Notes under the pieces: generated by a model | What the model was told of the DNA's origin: nothing | Seen by the model: only the letters and a program-made list of their open reading frames with translations | The model's database searches: none | Origin: Octopus bimaculoides | Taxonomy: Eukaryota | Reading direction: 5' to 3' | DNA length: 64,000 nucleotides | Assembly (NCBI RefSeq): GCF_001194135.2 | Contig: NC_069003.1 | Location: 25,503,456-25,567,455 of the forward strand | Part shown: in pieces, positions 27,141 to 36,600 of the stretch | Layout of the letters: every line of letters begins with the position of its first letter | Position numbering within the stretch: position 1 is the first letter of the stretch | Made by a program: the position numbers and the translations under genes

Positions 27141-29268
27141 TTGGTAATGGTGGTGCCTTGTATTTTCAGTCAGAGAACTACTAGGTTGCTGGCCCCTTTT
27201 GTCACACAAATAGATTTTGGGATCCTACCAAAATGGTGGTAAGAACAAAATATTTGCAACACCAAATCTCTTCAGGTAACTTAGGTTTCATGAGTAGATG
27301 CAGTTCATTACCGTGTTTACTTGGCACAAGTATTTTTTTTATTTGCCTTTAATTTAAATTCTCAGACAAGCAAGTAAAAGATATGCTGCAATGAAAAAGA
27401 CTAGCAACAAAAATAACATCAACAGTAACAGTAAAGGATCAAACCTTAACAAACATTTATTCAAACCAGATATACAACTATCAGGCAGATAATAGCAAAA
27501 TATTTTGTTTTGAAGTCTCTAAAGCAAACCACCAGAAATATGGATTTGAATGTGTAGGAACATGCTTTGGGCAATTGTTACTTTTGCTCACTTAAATGCT
27601 TCTTTTAAACCGTTAAGCTTGCAAAGTATAATCAACTTTTCCCACACCATCTTGCAGATTAAACTGACAGGCGATGGGGTGATACACTTACACAACAGTT
27701 CCTCTATCCCTCTCATCAACAGCCTTGTTTCAATATACTAACTCCTGTTGCTATGGCTCCATATTGATATGTTTCCCTTGTTTATATACAACCATTACAG
27801 GAAACATGTCACTGTATTGGAGATTATCTCAATTTTCATGGCATAGTCTGAGAGATACCTACGCCACGGCATAGTGCCAGACTATCTATCAAACAGTATT
27901 TTCATGAATGGATCTCACCTTAGCAGGTTAAGCTGATTGATATACACAGCAACAGCTTGCATTTCCAAATGGTACTTTGTCTGCAGCAAAGGAAATGAAG
28001 TTCTAATATTTGATTTCAAATTTTGACACAAGACCAGCAATTTCAAGGTTGGGATGTCAGTCAATTACATTGGCCCCCCAGTGCTCAACTGATACTTATT
28101 TTATCATCCCCGAAAGGATGAAAGGCAAAGTCAACCCCAGCAGAATTTGAACTCAGGATATACAGGACAAAATGCTTAGCAGCATTTTGTCTAGCATGCT
28201 AATGATTCTGCCTTCTCTCAGCATTTAAATATTCTTTTCTACTATAGGTTGAAAAGAATATGTGGGAGGATTCTAGTCAATTACATCGACCCCAGTGCTC
28301 AACTGGTACTTAATTTATCAACCTCAAAAGGATGAAAGGCAAATTCAACCTCGGTAGAATGCAGCATTTAAATATTAAAACCTCATAGGGCAGCAAGATG
28401 GCCAAGTTGTTAGCATGCCAGGCAAAAGCTTAGTAGCATTTTCTCTGTCTTTATATTCTGAGTTCAAATTCCACCAAGGTCAACTTTATCTTTCATCATT
28501 TTAGAGTCAATAAAATAAGTACCAGTTGAACACTGGGGTCAATGTAATCAACTTACACACATGTGAGATGTTTGCTAATAAATTTTAATAAAAATTTGAA
28601 ATTGAAAGAAGCCCATTATATAAATTTGTGTGTGTGTGTGTATTTATGTGTATATGAGTGTGTGTGTGTATGTTTGTGTTTATCTCCTACCACTGCTTGA
28701 CAACCAGTGTTGGTGTGTTTACATCCTAGTAACTTAATGGTTTGACACGAGACCAATGGAATAAAGTACTAGGCTTAAAAAAATGTCCTGGGATTGATTT
28801 GTTTAAACAAAATCCTTCAAAGTTGTGCCCCAGTATATATATATATATATATATAAAGAAGACCACTAGGTGGATGGCTAATGTGCTAGAAGATCACATT
28901 TTTCTAGCACATTAGCCGTCCACCTAGTGCTCTCCTTTATGTATACATATACAATAATCCTTTGAGATCTCAGATAATTTTTCTGAATCTCCTGATTCTT
29001 TCAATGTACTAGTTCCATGGTATTAAATTGATATTAATTAATATCCAATTTTTTACCTTGCTGTTTTAATTTATACACACACACACACACATATATATAT
29101 ATATTTGTTTTGCAAGATTTTTGATGTGAAATCGTGTGTTGAAACAGATGTACTTGGGGATGGTCATATTGCCAGTTTAGCCAATAAAAACACATGCACA
29201 GTGCGTGTTTTTATTGGCTAAACTGGCAATATGACCATCCCCAAGTACAACATATATATATATTGACA

Positions 29269-29720
29269 GTAAGTTGTTTTACACCTATTACACTAATTAT
29301 TTTTTGCTTTTGAGCTCGGGTCAAACACTATAGTTTAGAGTCCATGGACTGACGATGTGAATGTTCCGAGTCCTCTCCCGGCCCCGCCTTTCACGAGAGC
29401 GCAATTTTTTTTTTTTTTTTTTTTTCATATTCGTTCAGAGCAAGTTCTTTTACATCTATTACATTATTTTTCTTTAGTTTCTTGGCTCCGGTGAGGCGTC
29501 TCGGAACATTCGCGATGTGAATGTTCCGAGGCCTCTCCCCGTCCGTTCGCGAGCGCGCGTTTATTTCTTCGTATTCGTTCGCAGCAAGTTGTTTTACACC
29601 TATTAGAATATTTTCTTTTTTTCTTTTCCCACCGGGTCAAACGCTTCAGTTTGACCCCTTTCCCCACAGGAAAAAAAGAAAAAGAAAAAAGAGCAGACAC
29701 CACAGAATTTAAAAGACCCC
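29269..29720 (+). promoter_or_regulatory. CpG-rich putative promoter built from a degenerate triplicated module
   Basis: Locally high CpG/GC (ccggccccgcc, gagcgcgcgt) directly upstream of the putative first exon. Confidence 0.5.
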
Positions 29721-29850
29721 TCCGCCGGTGAAAAAGGTTACGAGAGAGTGTTGTCATTGAGCGATAGCGAGAAAGGAAATAGAAGGACTAGACCAGAGAC
29801 TAAAGAGAAATTGGGACCTAGAGGCAACGAGTGGTGTTACTCAGTGTGGG
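29700..29850 (+). other. Putative non-coding first exon of the ASB-like gene (5' boundary uncertain)
   Basis: CpG-rich region ending in strong donor GTGGG|gtgagt at 29851; pairs with acceptor tttcag| at 30464. Confidence 0.55.
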
Positions 29851-30520
29851 GTGAGTAGCACACTCTTCATATTTCCATTTTCAGATATCATTCATGTTAT
29901 CATATCTTTTAATTTGTTATTCACGTGCATTTTCATGTATCATTCATCATATTATAATTTATTTTTATATTTTTAATTGTTATGTGTCCCCACATGTGTT
30001 GTAGTATCCCCTCTGTGTACTGCCCAATGTGGAAAATTTTATGAAACAAAGAAGCTTACTTCCTAACCACATGGTTCGGGGTTCAGTCACACTGCGTGGC
30101 ACCTTGGGCAAGTGTCTTCTGTTATAATCTCGGGCCAACCAAAGCCTTGTGAATGGATTTGGTATACGGAAACTGAAAGAAACCCGTCATATATGTATGT
30201 GTTGTGTCCTTGTGTTCATCTCTTGACAACCGGTGCTGGTGTGTTTACGTCCACTAACATCGCGGTTCGGCTAAAAAGATTCATAGAATAAGTTCCAGAC
30301 TTTACAAACAATAAAAAGGACTGGGGTCGATTCGTTCGACTAAACTTCTTCAAGATAGTGCCCTAACATGGTCGCAGTCTGAAACAAATAAATGATAAAA
30401 AATAAAATATATATACATATAATTGTGGAATAACTAACGAAGTATTGGCACATATTTCTTTCAGGGACAGTTTTTCTGTCATCGCCGGTCTCCCCCGGAA
30501 GTGTCAAAGAGAATAATAAC

Positions 30521-30622
30521 ATGGGTGATGTGGGATCCCTGAAATGGGCTGTTCGTTCCTGTAATCTACACCTTGTTAAACGTCTGGTGAAATGTGGAGT
30601 GTCTGTCGACCAAAGACTATGG
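30521..30622 (+). CDS. ASB-like first coding exon
   Basis: ATG at 30521; MGDVGSLKWAVRSCNLHLVKRLVKCGVSVDQRLW|gtttgt; upstream acceptor tttcag at 30464. Confidence 0.8.
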
Positions 30623-33600
30623 GTTTGTATATTTATCCCCTTATTGTGTGTCTGTTATCGGTGGAGAATAATTCAACGTGCATTAGTTGACAATTTGCAA
30701 CAACAACAAAAATATACACAAGTCCAGCCACCACCCGCATCAAATTGAGTCATTGAAGTGGGGGTCGTGGGGCGATGTATGGGGTGGGGAACCCTTTTTG
30801 TACCAGGAGTGATTTGCAAATAGATAAAGATTTGTAAGTCACAACTGTGCCGAGAAAAAAAAAAGGAAGTGAATCGGCATTGCTACACATATGTACCCCA
30901 GTGACTTTATTGTCTCCTAACTCCCAGAAAAATGGATATTTTTTAATGAAAATTTTACAAATACGCTTCAGATGGTGTAGATTCTTATTATACCTGAATA
31001 TGTGGTGGAAAACTTTTTCCGAGGGTGGGGGTGAGGAATTTCGGAAAGTTCACACAAGACCGCTTTCTTTACTCATAACTTTAAAAAGAAATGGCTAATT
31101 TTTTTTATGAAGTTTTCTATAAATACCTTTCAGAGTGTGTAGATTACAATTAGTTTGGAATTTAATATGAAAAAAAAAAAAAATGGTAGGCTCATATACT
31201 GATACATGTACTCTTACCAATGACATATCTACAAAATGAAACTTGAAATTTCGAAAAATATTCTACCTGTATTATGCTCAAACTGGCCAGATTTGGCCTC
31301 TCACACCTACCCTATAATGTAATTCTAAAAGCATACCAATCACATCATTGAAATCTCAAAGCTAAGAGATAAGACAAGATCGAATGAAAACAATGTGAAT
31401 AAATAGGTATTAAAATTTAGAGAGTAATTTGAAAACTAAAGAGTTAATGGATAATATAGGTAACTATATTCATCGTCATCATCATTTAACGTCCGTTTTT
31501 CATGTTGGACAGTTTGACAGGAGCTGGATATAATATATTTATGTGTGTAAAAAAAAAAAAAAAGTGAGATGATCACAGCATGATTGTCTTTGGTTATATT
31601 AGTCTGTCGAATCAAATGTACAAGGGTGTTTTTACAGGATCGCTAAATATAGCTGCCAAATCTCTCTCAGATCATATCCTACATCTTTTATAAGAGAAAG
31701 GACACATAAGATAATGTAGTCTTAGATATACTATGTCTACATAAAAGATGGAATAGTCACAGTTAAAATACCTTCGATCTTAAGTGTGTGTGATCAACTT
31801 TGACCTAAAACCATATGACAACTTAACAATTTTCATCTTTCCAGTATGGTGGAACATTGCTCTGTAATTGCTCTTTGTAATTTTCTTCTTTAGTATGGCA
31901 CAACATTGCTCCAGGAGGCAGTTACTCAGGCACATGTCGAAATGGCACGTATTTTGGTCCAGTATGGTAAAGCAGATCTCGATGCACAAAACGATGTAAG
32001 TCAAATATTTTCCCAATTCTCTTTTATTGGTTCCAACCAGTTGACATGGTTTAACTATAATCCACCTCTGAATACGAAGTTGCTAAAACTTTAAATAACT
32101 ATTAAATAAACTAGCAAATCTACCCATCTATGATGGAGGCATAAAATGAAGGAGGAAAGTCATAACAGCTGTATGTATTGAGAAATGTGTAAATGGACTT
32201 GATAGATTACTGGGTGATGTCTTAGAGAAATCATGTTATTGTTGGTGATGCAGCTATATGAGGTGTTTGCAAAGCTGATTTATTAATACAAAACTCAATA
32301 TCCAATAAATAACCCTACTTTTTCACATTTTTTTCACTAAAAACCTTCCTGATTACCTCCTTCGTAATCCTGAAAAACATCGTGACCATTGGTCCAGCCA
32401 TTTGACTGTGAAAAAGGAACAGACAGACAGGCATAATGCCCATTATAGTAAGATGTCTGATAAAGAAGACTGTTGTAGACTAAATAGTCATTGGCACTCC
32501 ATTGATTACAACAATGAGTGTTTCAGTTGATCTGATCAACAGAAGTTCGTGAGGCCGCTCATGAAATTAACTTGCATGTAGCTGAGCACTCCACAGACAC
32601 ACATGTCCTTAATGGAGTTTACAGGGAGATTCAGCTTGACACAGAATGTGATAAGGCTGGCTCTTTAAAATAAAGGTACAACTCATATTTGCTAGCTGAG
32701 GGACTGGAGTAACATGAAATAAAGTGTCTTGCTCAAGAACATAATGCACCACCAGTAATCAAACTCACAACCTTATGATCACAAGTCCAATACTCTAACC
32801 ACTAAGCCACGCACCCTCACAGTTTGAAAATTTGAATAAATATCTGACTTTTAATATTTTGGGCTGAGCCCTTTTTTGGAGAAAAACATGAAATAGTTTT
32901 CAGTAGCATTAAATAAATAAATCTATGAACTTATTTATATTTTACTTCAGGATGGAAAAACTGCCCTTCATATAGCTTCGCGGGCTGGTCAAGAAGCCCT
33001 TGTGGATCTTCTTTTAGAAGCAGGAGCTAAAGTTAATATACAGTGCCTTGTGAGTATCTGAAGTCTTATAATAATGTGTAACACAATTTTTGTCCTTGGG
33101 TAGCAACTGTCATTTCCTATTTGCTAACCCTTAGAAAGTATGAAAAATGGCCAATATTTCCTTCAAACTTTGGTTTTGTTATATTTATTCAAACCCCAAA
33201 GAATCCCTCTCAACACATGGCTGTGATGCTCCCCCACCACTGCTCATGATCAGAGATGCACATATTGTCAACCACTAAGGGACATGCTCAAGTGCTTAAG
33301 GTCAAGCAACTGACAAGCAAATCTGTGGTTTTGAGCAGAATATTTGCTATAACGATATTTCTGCTTCAGTAACTCAGCACTGAATCTGTCTGAAATGTAA
33401 TGGATAATATAGGTCAGTTTCAAAATATTGATGTCCAGGTAACAAAAGCAAAGTTTGAAGGGAATAGCAGTTATTTCTTTTGATTTCTAGACAGAAGCAA
33501 ATAGGAAATAACACTTACTGACCAAAATTTTTTAAAAAATTAATATTTTGTTACACAGTGTAATCTATCATTATCTTTGTCATCATCATTGTTGTTGTTC

Positions 33601-36600
33601 TTATTCTTGATCTAAACATCACCATCATGGACCAAGTGATAGCACCTCTAAATTAGTGGTTCTCAACCAGGATCCATATGGCTCTTGGGGGTCCATATAA
33701 GATTTTCTCGTTAAAATTTATGTGCAATAAAATAGTTATATTTCTACAATTCACAGAATATTTAAAGATTTTTTTAATACAATTTCTAATAATATTTAAT
33801 CATAAAAATATAATAGGAGTTTTTGGATATCAAATGGCTTGGAGTGTCCGTCTCCTTGAGTAAAATAGAGGTCAAAGGGGTCCATAGGCCAAAAAAAATG
33901 GTTGAGAATCACTGCTCTAAGAGGTTGTTTGACCTGCTAGAAATAACAGCTAAACCCTGTCATCATGAAAACAGAAGGAGACAGATTATGTAGACCTAGG
34001 GTTAGGGTTACCTATGTGTACTGGGGTTGATCTAATCGACTGGCCCCCTCCCCAAAAATTTCGGGCCTTGTGCCTAGAGTAGAAAAGAATATTTATCCCC
34101 GGGGATAAATGTTACCTTAACAACTCAATCTCCATGTGTCATGTTTGAAAATTTGATTTTATCCAAGGTTTGTTATTTTTAAAGATTTAATGATTAACAA
34201 ATTATTTTCTGTGTCTGTTGCAGGACGAGACAACTTCTCTACATTTAGCAATGTGGAAAAGCAAAGCAAATGTTGTTGAGAAACTGATTGCTGCAGGAGC
34301 CAACCTCAATCTCNNNNNNNNNNNNNNNNNNNNNNNNNNNNNNNNNNNNNNNNNNNNNNNNNNNNNNNNNNNNNNNNNNNNNNNNNNNNNNNNNNNNNNN
34401 NNNNNNNNNNNNNNNNNNNNNNNNNNNNNNNNNNNNNNNNNNNNNNNNNNNNNNNNNNNNNNNNNNNNNNNNNNNNNNNNNNNNNNNNNNNNNNNNNNNN
34501 NNNNNNNNNNNNNNNNNNNNNNNNNNNNNNNNNNNNNNNNNNNNNNNNNNNNNNNNNNNNNNNNNNNNNNNNNNNNNNNNNNNNNNNNNNNNNNNNNNNN
34601 NNNNNNNNNNNNNNNNNNNNNNNNNNNNNNNNNNNNNNNNNNNNNNNNNNNNNNNNNNNNNNNNNNNNNNNNNNNNNNNNNNNNNNNNNNNNNNNNNNNN
34701 NNNNNNNNNNNNNNNNNNNNNNNNNNNNNNNNNNNNNNNNNNNNNNNNNNNNNNNNNNNNNNNNNNNNNNNNNNNNNNNNNNNNNNNNNNNNNNNNNNNN
34801 NNNNAGATTGTTTATTTAACGGTTTGAACAATATTTTGACAGCTCATCTATTTTTTTCAAGTTCAAACTTTAAAATAAAAACGGCTGCATAAACACAGAA
34901 ATTGAAAAATATAAACGAGGAAATGCAGCATTCCTATTTTGATAGAATAACATCGTCAGTTTCAATTTTGTAACTGGAAAAAGAAAGAAAGAAGAAGAAG
35001 TATATTTAATCAAACAGTTTTGTGTAAATGTGATGAAATTCACCTGTCATTTTATTCATTCTTCCAGGGTGTGATGTTAGCAATTCACAAATATATTTGT
35101 CCTCATGCATTTTGAGGACTGAAAGTGTAGTAGATTCAGAATATTTTCTGAGAATGTGTACTTTCTGGTGTTTTACATGTCTTTTATACATTTTTTTTCA
35201 TTTTGCAGGATGAATGGGCACCTTTGCACTGGGGCGTTGAAAATGGTAATTTTGAATTGGTGAGATTGTTGATAAATAATGGTGCCAAGACCAATGTAGT
35301 TAGTAAGGTAGGGTAGGATTTCTTTTGTTGCTGGTTCTTTGTATTTCTACCCCATTATCATCATCATGTTTGTTAATCCTTTCATAAACTTTAAGGGTTC
35401 ACTATGTGAAAGTTTAAATCTAGTTTTCCTAGTATTGAGCACATGAAAAAGAAATCTCTCCCTAAATAGGAAGTAAGTGTGTGTTTTATCTTTTACTTGT
35501 TACAGTTATTAGACTGTAGCCATTCTGGGACACCACCTTGAAGAATTTTTAGTCAATTCTATCAACCTTAATACTTATTATTTTAAACCCCTGGTACTAA
35601 TTCTATCAGCCTCTTTTGAGACCTAGGTTGGGAAGCAAACTTCTGACCACACAGCCTCACTTGTATGTGTATACGCATTGTATACACATACATATACATT
35701 TCTGTATTATACGCATACGTTTCAATTATATTTTCAGGCCCTGATGACCCCTTTGACATTGTCTGTGGTAAAAAGACATTTGTCAATCACAAAATATCTT
35801 CTGATAATGGGAGCTGGATTGGATATTATTGAAAACTCAGAAAAGGTAAAAATCAAAAAAAAAATTTTTTTTTTAAACTTGTGGTATATTAGCCTGGGTG
35901 GGGGTAGCGTTTCCCCTCTAGATCTTGTCTTTTACATGACGTATGTGGTTGTCAAGTTTAGATTTTCAGAACATGTATTTAATAAAGCATATTTCCAATA
36001 TCACAAATTTTTGTGCTGTGGGGAGAGCCATTTGGAATGTCTCAAGTGAAACACAAATGCATTTCTTTTATAAACTTTCCTACTAATACTGATCCTCAGT
36101 AGTTTCTCATTCATAAGATATTTTTCAATTTTATTATTATTATTAAGGTCACTGCCTGGAATTGAACTCGGAATCTTGGGGTTATTAACCACGCTCTTAA
36201 CCCTAAGATTCCGAGTTCAGTTCCAGGCAGTGACCTGAATAATAATAACATTGAAAAATACCTTAGGAATGAGAATCCAGGTTTTAAATTTCCCCAAGAC
36301 ACCTGATGAAGGCTGGAGGGTATATCAGCCAAAACGTTGTGTTAACAACAAACAAGATGAGGACAAATATCCGTCAAATGTAAATAATGTACACAATTCT
36401 TTTGTTAAAAAATGTATTTTAGTGACAGGGACAGTATTAATACTGAGCAGTAATATTTGTCTCCACTTAAAAGTAGATGTTCTGTTAGAACAAACTATAC
36501 CATGATAGTTACCAGGAAAGAAACTTTCATCTTGGGATTTGATGCAAAATAGTCTTGGTTATGTTGCTAACAAGGATTTTAGCAAGGAAATAAATCCCTG

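Noticed and set aside
34202-34892. Long ORFs spanning N-gaps (also 44119-44602)
   Set aside because: Artefacts of translating Ns; only the 34224-34313 part is coding.
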